Assembly (NCBI GenBank): GCA_964106915.2
Contig: OZ066916.1
Reading direction: 5' to 3' (one strand)
Source of the DNA: Podarcis gaigeae
Taxonomy: Eukaryota
DNA: 64,000 nucleotides
Below the pieces are notes generated by a model that saw nothing but the letters and a program-made list of their open reading frames with translations, was not told where the DNA came from and ran no database searches. Shown here piece by piece: positions 24,184-36,784 of the stretch (position 1 is its first letter; every line of letters starts with the position of its first letter). Both the position numbers and the translations under genes were made by a program.

Positions 24184-25329
24184 ATGGATAGGATGTATCC
24201 TCACTCACAATGTAAGTGAGGATAAGATTGTATCCTTACAGTGGAATCCTACACACATGTTTTCTCATAAGTCCTACTGAGTTGCATGCAATTATTACTT
24301 GCAGGTAAGTGTGTTTAGGATTTTAGCCTTAATCTTCTCAGCTGCCAGCTCATCACTTCATCTGAGTTGACCCCATAGCAGAAGAAGGAACTGAGTTCTC
24401 TCAACCAGACTGTGATGCACCTCTTGTTGCACTCTAGCTTTTCTGTTTCTAGCAGTGCTTATAACTTGTCTTTCGCTATAAAGTGGGTGGGGATTGTGCT
24501 GTAGGGAAGGGCTGAATATATTCAAGGCGGCTACATTCCAGCTCAGAATCCACCATGTCGGGTTACTGTTGCAGCTGTCTTGAATCAATACTCCATATAC
24601 CACCACTCTGTGCATTTACAAGTAACGCGTCACTGAAGTTCCTTCACACCTTTGACTGGTAGTGATGTGTCATTAGCATTGGCTGCAGTTTACCAGAAGA
24701 GCTGCTGCTTTTCAAAATGTCAGCCCAGTCTGTGGTGGGAGCTTTTTAAAAAAAACATTGTGCCTTGAGAAAGCTGAACTAAAAGAGATGCAGCTGTCAC
24801 TAACTCTGCAGACATAGTGCAATATCCCAAAGGAACACAAACATATATTTCATAGGGGCCTGAGGTGTTTAAGAAAGCATCTTGTAAAATGGGAAGGTAG
24901 TTTCCAATCCATTATAAATTACTGGCCATCATTCACTTACCACAACATACAGTAGTTGTGTACATAAGACCAAGATTCTGTTCTCCGTCTCCTATCCACA
25001 AGAATCCAGACAGCCACAAAAATTACTGAAATACTTAACGAGTCTTTTACTTGCATCACAACTGACTGGCCTGCCTCCTGTAAGTTTTTCGTCTAAGTTC
25101 TGTGGTGGATTTGCTGGTCAGATTTTGAATGTCTTATCTGCTTGCATTGTCTCAGTGGCAAACCTTTTGAAAAAGGGCAGATATACAGTAGACATAGCAA
25201 GAAACCTGTATTAATCCCAGATTCTATTTGACTTGCTGTCTGAAAGCATATACAGGCCTCCTTCAACTTGTGTGGGGGTTACGTTCTGAACCCCTGCACA
25301 CATAAGTGAAATTGCGTAAAGAGAAGAGT

Positions 25330-25565
25330 TTTGGATTTGATATCCCGCTTTATCACTACCCGAAGGAATCTCAAAGCGGCTAACATTCTCCTTTCCCTTC
25401 CTCCCCCACAACAAACAGTCTGTGAGGTGAGTGGGGCTGAGAGACTTCAAAGAAGTGTGACTGGCCCAAGGTCACCCAGCAGCTGCATGTGGACGAGCGG
25501 AGACACGAACCTGGTTCACCAGATTCCGAGTCTGCCGCTCTTAACCACTACACCACACTGGCTCT
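25330..25565 (-). mobile_element. tRNA-derived CORE SINE with L2-type tail (Squam3-like), full length
   Basis: Minus strand: gccagtgtggtgtagtggttaagagc (box A), ggttcgtgtctcc (box B), CORE gctgggtgaccttgggccagtcac, tail agccgctttgag...aagcgggatatcaaat. Confidence 0.85.
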
Positions 25566-25706
25566 CAGTTGGGATAAGAATAAAAAACAAACAGCTGGAT
25601 AACTTATTAGATCCACCAGTCTGCCGCTCTTAACCACTACACCACACTGGCTCTCAGTTGGGATAAGAATAAAAAACAAACAGCTGGATAATTTATTAGA
25701 TCCACC
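25529..25706. repeat. 89-bp tandem duplication (2 copies, 1 mismatch)
   Basis: 25529-25617 repeated at 25618-25706; AGTCT microhomology at the junctions. Confidence 0.95.
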
Positions 25707-28231
25707 AGTCTTGTGCCCATGTATCCCATAGTGCCATAGTATGAAGGCTACCCTCCCAAATGTGCTTTGGTGTCTCTTAGGTTTCATTCCTAGAACTGTG
25801 CATGTTCCTGACATCAGACTTGCGATTTTCAATCCGTGATGTTTGAACCTGCAATGACTCACAACATATTGATATGTCTTCTCCATTTATCTTTCTTTTC
25901 CTACTAGAAAGGTGGAATTGTTCAGCCTTTCATTTAAGTGAGATTTATGCATAGTTTTCAAATAAGGTTCTGCCCCTGAACCTTATATAGGCATCCCTAT
26001 AGACAACACCAGGTCCTGGAAATCAGGGAAAACCTGGCTGCACTTGATTACCACTGCATGATGTTCATTCATGGGTAAAATGGATACAATTTCTGTTTTT
26101 CACCTATCCATCGTTAGTGGTATTTAAAATATTAGGTAAAGTTTACAAACAGGTTGCTGTCTGAAAGCACATACAAGTGTTTTCCAGTTAGCATGGGGGT
26201 TATGTTCCGAGCCCCTTCCAGGACTCGATAAAGTAAATATGGAGCAATATGGAGAGTTAACAATTCATTTTTAATGCTATTATAGTTGCTTTTCAGAAGC
26301 TGTCACACGTTCATTGCTACTCTTTGTTAAGATCGTTTTAAGCTTCTTCTTTTGATGGATCTTGAATTGAGTTTCACATTATGAAGTAGTGGTAGCAGCA
26401 GTCCAGACTTGATGATTAGCATCTTGTGAAAAATCCTTCATGTATAATATATTAACTCAGTCCAACCCTACGCAATTTCCATTGAGTTCAATGGGGTCTC
26501 CTAGTATAGGACTGCAGCCTTAATTATGAAACTTTTGGGCAGTTCAACTTCTTTAGTGAACAAATGCAGGTTTGGACCATGAGAATGATGTATGTGCTGC
26601 TCAACCTTTGGAACAAAATGTACGCCAGCCAAATGCTGTATGTTTTCTTTTCATTGTTTGCTTGACTCTCTCCTCTGCCCGCCTCATGGATTAATATATT
26701 TTTCCTTCAAGTCATCTCTGGCTGTATCTTCTAAACTTGGTCAAGTCTAAAGATTGGGAAAAGAACCAGCTTTCTGTTCCCTTCATCAGTCTGATGTCTA
26801 CATTAAACAGGTGTTTCAATGGATTGTATTTACTGTGTGTGAATACAAGCAGTTGGCTAAAAACCTGGGCTGTATTTCAATATGAATTAAGCTCCAAACC
26901 CTTTGTTCAGTTCTGTTCTAGGTTTTCATCCTGAAGGTCTTCACAAAGCTTGCTAACAAAACAGTTCTCATTTCCCCCTTGAGAATAAGCAGTTCCTACT
27001 GTTCTTTGCCCACTAGATACCAAGGACTCAGCTACATTAGTAAAAAAACAGTGAGTTGAATGTGCTATAAACATGCAACACCAGATGGTGCCAGAGAGCA
27101 GGAAATTTTAAAATACAGTTTTCCCTAGAGATTTTTTTCTTTTATTAAAGAGATCTAATTTCTGACTTATTTATAGTGGTCCCCCCCCCCCCGTGTGTTT
27201 AGATCTACCCCAAGTGAGATGCTTCTTGTGTTTAATAAGGAATTGTGCATTGCTGATCGGTCCAGTAGAGCTGTGCTGTTAGCAATAGCATTTTCTTTCA
27301 TTATTGCTGTTGCTAGGCTTTGTAACAGCATAGCTGTATTGATCAGAACAGGATATAGAAACAGATATGAAAATGCTATGCTTTTCTTTTATGGAGTTCC
27401 CTGTATTTCATGTATACTGTATTGTAGCATTATAGACACAAATAGATTGTGGTGGTTTGTTGGTATTGATTTTTAATGAAGCAATTGGCTCTTGCCAGGA
27501 ATTGAACTTATAACTGTGTCCAGATAGCATATCATCTGATTGGTCATTTTCCACTTTGAACCTAAGGTCATTTGATCATTTTGAACCTTAAGGTCATGAG
27601 AACTTCTCTGCTTTCTTTGGCTGCAGCCTCCCAGCAGCCCTTAGAAAAAACAGAAAGGGGATGCAGCTACTGCTAAGCTGCTCAGCTGCTCCAGTAAGAT
27701 CCTATTCCTTGAACACGTCCTGCCTGCTGCCTTGTTTGACTTGCTCTGCACCGACCCTTTCTTTCCTGAACCTAATCAGTAACTATTCTGCTCAGTTGTT
27801 ACCAGTCTGCTTGTCCTGATCTCATTCTGCTTGAGCCTATTCATTTGTCTCCTGATCCAGCTTTGCCACTGATTACTCACCTTGTCCCCTAAATAATTGA
27901 CTGTTTGGCCTTTTCACTGCTATCATTCCAAAATGAAGATTAAGGATGGCACATGGCACAGAAAGATTCTTCTCCAGACAGTTCACACCAGGCAGGTTGG
28001 CACAGTGATTGAAATGTGTGTGATCAGATGGTATCTCAGAACTGCTACATAGTGCAAAACTAACTGGTCATCCAAGCACACTGTTTTCCTTTCCATCCAT
28101 GGCCAGGAAGTGCCCTGAAGAAGTTCCTATGCAGGGCAAGATATTGTTTCTAGCACCTGGGTATTTGGGACCATGGGCTTAGTGCTCCTAGAGGGGCACT
28201 CCCTCTTTAGACGGCAATGTGTATTACAGTA

Positions 28232-28442
28232 CAGTGGTACCTCGGGTTACAGACGCTTCAGGTTACAGAATCTGCTAACCTCAGTTTAAGAACTTTGCTT
28301 CAGGATGAGAACAGAAATCGTGTGGTGGTGGCGGCAGCAGCAGGAGGCCCCATTAACTAAAGTGGTGCATCAGGTTAAGAACAGTTTCAGGTTAAGAATG
28401 GACCTCTGGAATGAATTAAGTTCTTAAACTGAGGTACCACTG
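28232..28442. mobile_element. Tc1/mariner MITE, copy 4
   Basis: TIR CAGTGGTACCTC...GAGGTACCACTG, TA TSD. Confidence 0.92.
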
Positions 28443-29290
28443 TACTTGACTTCAAAATCTGATGAGCCAGTCCTGGTGTGCTTAGGGATCCTATTGCTCA
28501 TTCTGTCAGGGTGATATCTGCCCTCAAGTCCTGTCCTGACAGCAAGTGTGGTACCCCCAAGTGTGGCAATTCTATTCCTGCTCATCCGACAATATTGAAA
28601 GCCAGACCCCAGAATGAGAAAGTAATAGTCCCATTAGTACAAGGTACAGTATTCTTGCCTTCATAGAAACACCAGCAAGGTAAAGAGGGAAGGAGAGAGA
28701 AAATTTGCTTCAGATTTTTGAATTAAAAGAAGTCAAAAGATAGTGCTGTGCCTTAAAAAAAAAAAAAAAGCATAAACCTCTAACATTTGAGCCTGCAAAG
28801 CTCAACAGTGTGTCAAAGGGATTGCCAGCCGTGCTCATATAGGCTTCCTTTTTCTCCCTCATCCATGTGGTCCTAATTGACCCTTTGGCACTAAGTCTTC
28901 CTGAACTAGTTGTAGCATTTGCAGACTTTTACTCATCCACTAAGTTTTTAGATGGAAACTCTGTCTTTGTGCTTAAAAAAAATATGTGTGAAAACAAAAG
29001 GACATTGCTGAGGCTATTTTCAGCGCTTACGGCAGACACTTTCCTATTGCATTCTCTTTTATTAGATATCATGGAGGGGCCAAGTTTACTTCTTGATTAT
29101 GGACACACTGCTGTATCAAGTCTGGGCTCCTGACCAAGCAGCTGATGGAAATCCAATTATTACCTTGAATAGAATATAGGGGCCATGAGTAGCGCATGCT
29201 GGGAATGTAATTAGAAACTTCCAGGCCATCGGCTGAATGCTATTTACTCTGTAAGCACAGTTCTTCACCCCTCTACTACTTCATTTACAG

Positions 29291-29424
29291 CAGGGATGGC
29301 GGACCTGTCACTTTCCATATGTTTGTTAGACTACAACCCCCATCAGCCCTGGCCAGCATAGCCAATGGCCAGGGATGATGGGAGTTGTAGTCTAACAAGG
29401 AAGGTTTCAGGTTCCCCTTCCTTG
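29291..29424. mobile_element. hAT-Charlie (URR1-like) MITE, old copy
   Basis: tgttagactacaaccccatca...tgatgggagttgtagtctaaca inverted arms. Confidence 0.75.
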
Positions 29425-32399
29425 ATTTACAATGAAATCCCACGCATTGGAAGTAAATCCCTCAGTGTTCAATGGGGCTTACTCCCTTGTAATTGCATTT
29501 AGGTCTGCAGCTTTCCTGCCTAGTATTGTGCTTCATTTTGCTGTGAGAGATCAGGAAATAACCTACAGTAATACAGCTCATCAGATATATAATTACAATA
29601 TGGAGACAATTTATATAAAACTTGAGTTTGTATTCATGGTATGTAATCTGAGCCTGGATAGTTAATTCCATTCAGCTGCTCTAAATAAATGAAACAGTTT
29701 AAAGGTCTACCTGGTCTGTGTCTTAAATCTCACACATTTCCTGTGCCAGTTGTTAGGGAGAAGCTTAGTTCAAATGTGCATACCCTAGGGCTATATATGT
29801 GATCTAGCTTTGCTCTGAGCAATGAGAGTATTACTGTGGTGAATGGGGAAAGCCCTTATTGGATGAGTCAGCAATAATCCCAGCATATGCCAGTCATAAA
29901 CAGGAGGATGCACCTTGCCCCAGCTTATTTCCAAAGTCAGCACCACATCTGAGGCAAGCAATAAATCAGCCAGTCAACTGCATAATAATATAGGACCTGG
30001 ACTTTTATTGTTGTGGCACCTATCCTTTAGAATTCTGCCCCGTTACATCTTAGAAAGGTGCCGCCAGTCTGAATCTGTATTGGAATTGTTTTAAAGATGT
30101 TTTCATCGTTGATTCACTTGTGTTTTTGCTGCCCTGGACTCCATTGGGAAGAAAGGGGAATACAGAAATTTAATACATAATAGCATGAGGACATAATGAG
30201 TTGCTAGGCTGGCAAACATTGCAGCACAGGTTTTTCTTGAAGCCACTATGCATTGAAAGGACAATAGGGAGGCTCTGAGAAGGACAGGCCTTGCCATGAG
30301 GTAGAATAAGACCTCAGGCAGCAGGTATGCAGAATGGATGGAGTTGAGTGGGCCATTTGGCCTGCCCTGTGCCCCTGACCTTGGCGCCAACTCTGTGGGG
30401 CACCCACAAATTTTCAATGAAGGGAACCCAAGGTTCTACTTGGTGGCACACACATGCTTTAAAGCACATACCACTGTGCCTTGAAAGGTAAGTTGGATAA
30501 GCTGAATTTTAGTATGTGAGGCCAGTTAAAAGGTTTTTAGAAGAATTCTGCTCTGTATTCTTCCAGGCCAAGAGTTATATGTTGCACTAATGAAACAGCA
30601 TAAGACATGGAGGCTGATCAGATCAAAGCACAGGCTTCATTAATTATCACTTCTGAAAGTTGGCCTGTACTAAACTCACAGTGATGATACCTTCGTTTAG
30701 TGCAATTTCCTGCATGCCTTTCCTCTGAAAGGGAGACAGCTAAGTCTGGAGTTGCATTCACCCATCTGGACCTGTACTGGCGGAGTAACAAGATACTGTA
30801 GCTTTCTCTTTTAAGTCAGTGCAGAAAGTGCTTCCCGTGTCAAAAATACTTAAGACATAACAATAATTAAAAGTCCAAACTCTGGTAAAGGAAAGGTTAC
30901 CCTAGGAATAATCCAACACTTTTCAGTGTTTGCTTATATGCTGTCGTCATTGGAAAAAAGGAAAGCGCTGCTGTGGACTCAAAGGTACCACAGAATAACA
31001 GTGTGTTGCACCGTCCATAGGAAAACATTGGCTGAAGTGTGCCTACAAGTATTTACAATAGCCTAATATGGAATTGATTCAATGTGGCTTCTGATACGGC
31101 GCTCTACAGATGTTCCAATGAATACATGTGGGTCTGGGGTGTATTTCCTCTCTCGTGTTCCAGGCATGTCATGGGAAGCTGGAAGGAGAAAGGAGGAGGG
31201 TGGGAGGCGAGGAAGAGGAGAAATGGAGTTGGGTAGGTCAAATGGCACAATATCTTGTGCTAGTTCTGAGCTTTTCAACCCATGGCTGTGCACAGATAGC
31301 TGCACAGATACACCCATAGCTATCTATGTGATTGCTATGTTTCGCCACATGAGCATCAGGCTTCAGACGCCACATGTTGAGGTATCAGACTGTATGAACC
31401 AATTCTTGGTCTGCATGCTTGAGCTGCCTTGGCTTGGCATGTCGGCATGTCAGACCAGTCACACTATAAAACCCGAGTAAAGCTGAGTACAAGTTGTCCC
31501 TTAGGCAGCTAATGAAGTTAATGGTGTACATTTTTCTTCCTCATTTTATAGTGTGAATATAATCCCTAACAGACACATTATGAATTCAGCTGGCTTGCTT
31601 CATGGAACCCAGGAATGTTTTTGTAAAAATTTTCAAAGGTGTGTGTGTGTGGCGGGGAGTATTTTCTCATTTCAATGATTACTTTTGACAGCGCCATCAT
31701 GATGCTATGACTTTGACAGGGATCCACATTCTTAATGGCTAATCCCCTGTTCAGTCCTGGGATACAAAATGTGTACAATGTAGTGTGCAACACTTTTCTC
31801 TCTCTTCAAATTGCAGCACTCCCTAAAACCGCAAATGAAATTGCCAAAATGTGGTGTGCCTCATCACATTGAGGGTGTTATTCTACAGAAGCACACAAGT
31901 TTGGGCTGTGAAGGCCCATGGCAGAACATCAGCTCATTTCTCCTTACTATTGGGTTTCAGGTGGAAATTTTGTGAGCCAAGAGAAGCCTTTAAAGAAGAT
32001 TATTTTAGAAGCACATTGTGGCCTTTGATGTTCCAAAAAAAAAAATGACACATTTGGGTTTTTAAGTAGTATCTCTTTTTTTGTTTACATCAATACAACA
32101 ATAACAACAATAAAGAGAATATTATGAGTGAGGTAGAAGTGAAAAGGGGACAGAGATTGGTCAGTCTTCATAGATTTTGCTAATTTAAATTTGTATCTAA
32201 TTTCTGTAGTTTGCCATATGGAGCTAGTTCATGTGTGGCAAGTGAGGATAGGTCATCGGTTAGTTGGTCAATTGGAAAGTTTATTTTCTAAGCATTTGTC
32301 CTCCAGTTGTATGCTAGTCATTTTAAATGTAAGCAATTTTTAAAATCTCTCTCTTGAAGTTATATATTTTGTCACAGATCCTTCTTCTCTTTCTCTCTG

Positions 32400-32558
32400 T
32401 CCCTTCAGCCCCCCATAAAATATTTGAAGGGGCCAGCCCCTCCCCAGTTGATGAGCATTGCCATTTAAATGGTATGTGTGTGCCACGTCTTGTGGTTGAT
32501 TATGTGGGGCAGGACTTACCTGGACTCCCCAAATATTTTATTCAAGTTGGCACCCCTG
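32400..32558. mobile_element. hAT-like MITE fragment (one end)
   Basis: Ends ttcaagttggcacccctg (hAT-type CAGGGG terminus); internal ccccc..aaatattt repeats. Confidence 0.5.
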
Positions 32559-33113
32559 ACCTAAATGCTGGCCGTGCCTAACGCACGCAGTGTTGAAAAG
32601 AGTGTTGGAATGATTTTAGGTCTGTACTTAATTTTCTTTCTCAGAATATTCTCATGGCAGTTATATTCTTTCTCATGGAGAATATTGGGAAGGGTGTTAG
32701 CAGTCTCAGTGACATGGTTTATTCCATGAGTGGAAAGAGGAGATTGAAGGGGAAATAGCTTTAGAGAGCAAAGGGTGGTGTTTTCCTAACTCATCCTCTT
32801 AGTGCAAGGATTACCACAAGCACAATGAGACTTCTGCCCCTCTCCTGCCACCCTGTGCACTGCTCCAGAGAATTGAGGAAGCACCTGGAACAGGTTTAGG
32901 GGGCACATGTGGAGGGAAGAGGGTGGAAGTCCTTAAGCTGAAGAACTGAGACTAACTGCTACATTGAATACAACTGAAAGTGTTTTATCTGATCACCAGA
33001 TCCAGAGGTCTACCAGTGCTCTGTGGTACATGAACACTGATCAACCCAAGGCGTTCACATTCAGTAGAATTTGAAAAGAAAGTATGTTCATACATTATGA
33101 AAATACATGAAGC

Positions 33114-33252
33114 CAGGTTTCCCCCCCCCAACAGGAACTCATTGGAACTCAGTTCCAGCAGCTGTCAGGTGGGCGCCATTGCCATTCTAAGAGAACGAGG
33201 GAGGTGTTCATGGGGAGTTCCGGCATCTCTTTTTCTAGAAAAATTAGCATTG
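33114..33252. mobile_element. hAT MITE (family also at 34399-34887 and 53782-54145)
   Basis: 8-bp TSD catgaagc/catgaaac; interior caggtgggcgccattgccattctaagagaac shared with the other copies. Confidence 0.8.
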
Positions 33253-33688
33253 CATGAAACGATCCCTGAGATATACCACATGGATTGAAAACCCTTCTCA
33301 TGCACAATGTTTTAACAGGAGAACCATGTGCGCAACAGAGGTCCTGCACATGGAAGAAGCCTTTTAACTGGGGCTAGTGAGAGCAAGTATTTGTTCAACG
33401 TGCTAGACAAGATTCTTCATTATGATTATTATGCAACATTTTGTCTCTTTGTAAAACTCTTAAAGAGTCACGTAAGTTATCATGCGAAGAGGAAGGGAAA
33501 ATCTGCTTGCTGGAAGATGTACAGCATATTTCTTTAAACTTATGCCAACTCAGTCTTTGCGCTTAATGCTTATGTAGCCATTATGGATCTGGTCTTGGTG
33601 GAAGCAGTGACAAAGTTTATCTTCACTGGTTAAATTTATGAGATGAATTTAAGAAAGATATTGTGAGACCCTGGCTAATCAAAAAGGT

Positions 33689-33691
<3 letters not shown>

Positions 33692-33733
<42 letters not shown>

Positions 33734-34130
33734 TTATTATTTATACCCCGCCCATCTGGCTGGGCCTCCCCAGCCACTCTGGGCGGCTTCCATAAAAACC
33801 AAAAATACACTAAAATGTCGCACGTTAAAAACTTCCCTGAACAGGGCTGCCTTAAGATGTCTTCTGAATGTCAGGTATTTGTTTATTGCTTTGACATCTG
33901 CTGGAAGGGCGTTCCACAGGGTGGGCGCCACTACCGAGAAGGCCCTCTGCCTGGTTCCCTGTAGCTTTGCTTCTCGCAATGAGGGAACCGCCAGAAGGCC
34001 CTCGGCGCTGGACCTCAGCGTCCGGGCAGAATGATGGGGGTGGAGACGCTCCTTCAGGTATACTGGACCGAGGCCGTTTAGGGCTTTAAAGGTCAGCACC
34101 AACACTTTGAATTGTGCTTGGAAACATACT
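33692..34130 (-). mobile_element. L2-clade LINE 3' end with trinucleotide microsatellite tail
   Basis: ORF 33737-34261 contains AQFKVLVLTFKALNGLGPVYLKERL...RTLRSS..GLL.VP...RAFSVVAPTLWNALP; (AAT)n at 33692-33733. Confidence 0.92.
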
Positions 34131-34398
34131 GCAAATGCACTTTTCTGCAAATGTTTCTGTTTTATGTCTAAGTATGTAATTAAGGTCCTGCTGTTCTTGT
34201 ATACTTGTATGATTTTAGGGTATCTGAGACCATTTCTAGAGTAATTCCTGATAGCTGTCACTGATTTTTTTTAAAGCAGTACTGAAATTAAATATGCCAA
34301 TAATTCAAGTTTCTGTTCAGTGAAAATCATGAGAATTCCAAAGTAATCTTCTTGCATTAATTAAGGCAATATCAAATTGCTATCAAAATCCCTCTACT

Positions 34399-34887
34399 CA
34401 GTGTTATTTTTCTAGAAAAATAGGTGCCGGAACTCAACGTTAACCTTGTTCTCTTATTATGGCAATGGTGCCCACTCAGGGGCAAAGGAAGGGGGTGCCG
34501 TGGGGGCAGGCTGTCCTGGGTGTCACCACTGAGGGGGGTGACAAAATGCCGGGCGGCACTCACCGCAGGGCCTGCAGCACTCCCGAGCCACTGTCCTGGA
34601 AGTGGCGCGGTAGCTTGGGTGCCTACAGGCTCCGTTGTGCCCCAAATGGTCCACCCACCGCCTCCCCCTCAGCTGTAGGGTGGCTGAGTGGGAGGAGGCA
34701 AGCAGACTCCTTGAAGGCCCCACGGAGCACCCTGCCCCGGTTCGCCCCGCCCCATGGGCGGCTGGCCCTCCCCTGGGTGAAGGGCGCGCAAGCTGCCCCA
34801 GGGGCCCCATCGGCTTGTTCCGCCACTGCGCCCACCTGAGAGGTGCCAGAACTGAGTTCTGCTGAGTTCCAGTTGAAAAAAAGCCTG
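34399..34887. mobile_element. hAT MITE interrupted by a nested insertion
   Basis: Reverse-orientation homologue of 33114-33252; TSD cctctact/cctccact. Confidence 0.8.
34477..34828. mobile_element. GC-rich hAT-type non-autonomous element (nested)
   Basis: Termini CAGGGGC...GCCACTG, 8-bp TSD tgcccact/cgcccacc, splits the host MITE cleanly. Confidence 0.8.
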
Positions 34888-35003
34888 CCTCCACTGCCAG
34901 CAAATATGGCCCTAATAAAAGACCCTAGTAAAAGAAAGAAAGAAGCAAAGAAGCTTAAAACTGAAAGTAGATTCTAGTAAAAGACCCTAAAATTACTCTA
35001 GAG

Positions 35004-35288
35004 CAGGCATGTCCAACAGGTAGATCGTGATCTACCGGTAGATCGCTGGACGTCTGCGGTAGATCACTGGTAGATCATTGGCTCCCCCCAAAGAAGCTGA
35101 ACAACTGTGGCTCCCCTAAAAAAAAGCTCAACATTTTACCTCCTCCCTGAAAAAACTCAACAACTTTAACTCGAACCCCTCCCCCAAAATGGGCTTTCCT
35201 CCTCCCTAAAGAAAGCTCAACAACTTTGACCTGAACCCCCCAAAAGGCGGGAGATCACTGCCAGTTTTTAACTGGTTGGCCACCCCTG
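35004..35288. mobile_element. hAT-Charlie-type non-autonomous element
   Basis: Termini caggcatgtccaac...gttggccacccctg, perfect TSD CTCTAGAG, internal gtagatc and aaagctcaacaacttt subrepeats. Confidence 0.9.
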
Positions 35289-36738
35289 CTCTAGAGGAAG
35301 GCAGGCAGGCAGTGAAATAAAAGAAATATATATTTTTGGAACTTTTGATAAGGTGTTGTAGGGGCATTATGTAAGTAGAATGGATGCACTCGACCAGGGT
35401 AGATGAAAAGATCAGGAAACATATGGTTTCAATTATTTCACTTGTGTTGCACTTTTTTTATTTCTTAAAACTATATCTATACTGCCTTTCCTTCCAAAAA
35501 GGATCAAAGCAGTTTGCAAACAGTAAAATAGCAGAGATAATATAATCATAAATCATACCCATAAAACATATCAATAAAACACACCATTAAAATATTAACA
35601 TCAGTGACAGTATTCAGGGTGCTAAAAACTGGCATGAATGGCCTGGGATTGCTTGAGCACAACAGATAAGAGAAATTATATTCATTTGTGAAATGGCCTA
35701 ATGCTTTTGAAGCTACCAAGTGGAAATCTAAAAATATATTCTAGTTGAACAGTGCACTCAGGAATAGTTTCTAACTTCCCAGGCATATCTAAAAATAGAG
35801 AGGAAATGCATATTCTAAAGTTCAAGCGTGACTTTATGTCTAGTCGTGTAATTTTTAAGAGAAATAAACACAGATGAATCTTTTCCTTCAGCTACATGTT
35901 TGAGGTTTATATGAGCAAATTAAGCTATAAATATACCTTATTTAACCTCCATATCTTCTCCAGTGGAAAGTTGGTTGCTGCCACAACTGTTCTTGCCACA
36001 TTGTTCTGAAACTTTTTAAATTATAAGATTCCCTCCATTATTATTCCCTCTGTTATTGCACAGGGATTCCATTTTGTAGCTCTCGTGCATTAATAAGTCT
36101 ATAAAAAGTTGCAGCAGAGATGGAAAAGCAGTTACATATGCGCTTTGATTTTCCACTTTGTATAAGGCATGTTGGAGTGCTTGTACTTCTCAAAAAGAAT
36201 TCTTCTCCCAGTGGACAGTGTGCTTGTGTTGTCATAAAAATACAATAGAAAAGTGAGCACTCACGGAAAGCTCCACAGTGGCATTCTACACTCTTTAAGA
36301 AATAATAAAAAAAAGTTTCATTTGGCATGATTTACAGATTTTCTAAAAACTGGCTATAATTTTTGTGACTAATAGGTTTGGAACCAGCTTTGCTCCCACA
36401 GGTGAAGGGCAGAAGAGAACCTTTGCTGATATTTATTCCTATTATAGCTTCCAGCAATACCTCTTGCTCTGCGTGGGAAGTACGGTTGGGAGTTGGCGGA
36501 GGAGGATTCAGCAAATACCGCTGCTCCCTTCCTCCACCAGTGAGACCCCTCCACTGGATCAAAAGCCTTTTGTAGACAGAATGACATCTTCTGTCTGTGT
36601 TCTGAATGTAATCAATTCCTATAATGCTTTCATAATAGGTAACTCAGTCTTTTGGGCACATTAACATATTAATTATGGCACAAGCTTTCATCAACCAGAG
36701 TCCAGCTGCATAAAGTGTTACCCTTAGTTGGGAGGTGG

Positions 36739-36739
<1 letters not shown>

Positions 36740-36783
<44 letters not shown>
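36740..36783. repeat. (GT)n microsatellite
   Basis: Seen directly. Confidence 0.95.

Positions 36784-36784
<1 letters not shown>

Noticed and set aside
25480-25565. tRNA-like sequence with boxes A and B
   Set aside because: It is the head of a SINE followed by CORE and LINE-derived tail, not a tRNA gene
34372-34903. GC-rich patch with stacked ORFs resembling a CpG-island promoter or first exon
   Set aside because: Bounded by TIR-like ends and an 8-bp TSD inside another MITE, so it is a transposon
35085-35245. Short direct repeats with spacers, superficially CRISPR-like
   Set aside because: Degenerate internal subrepeats of a hAT element in a vertebrate genome
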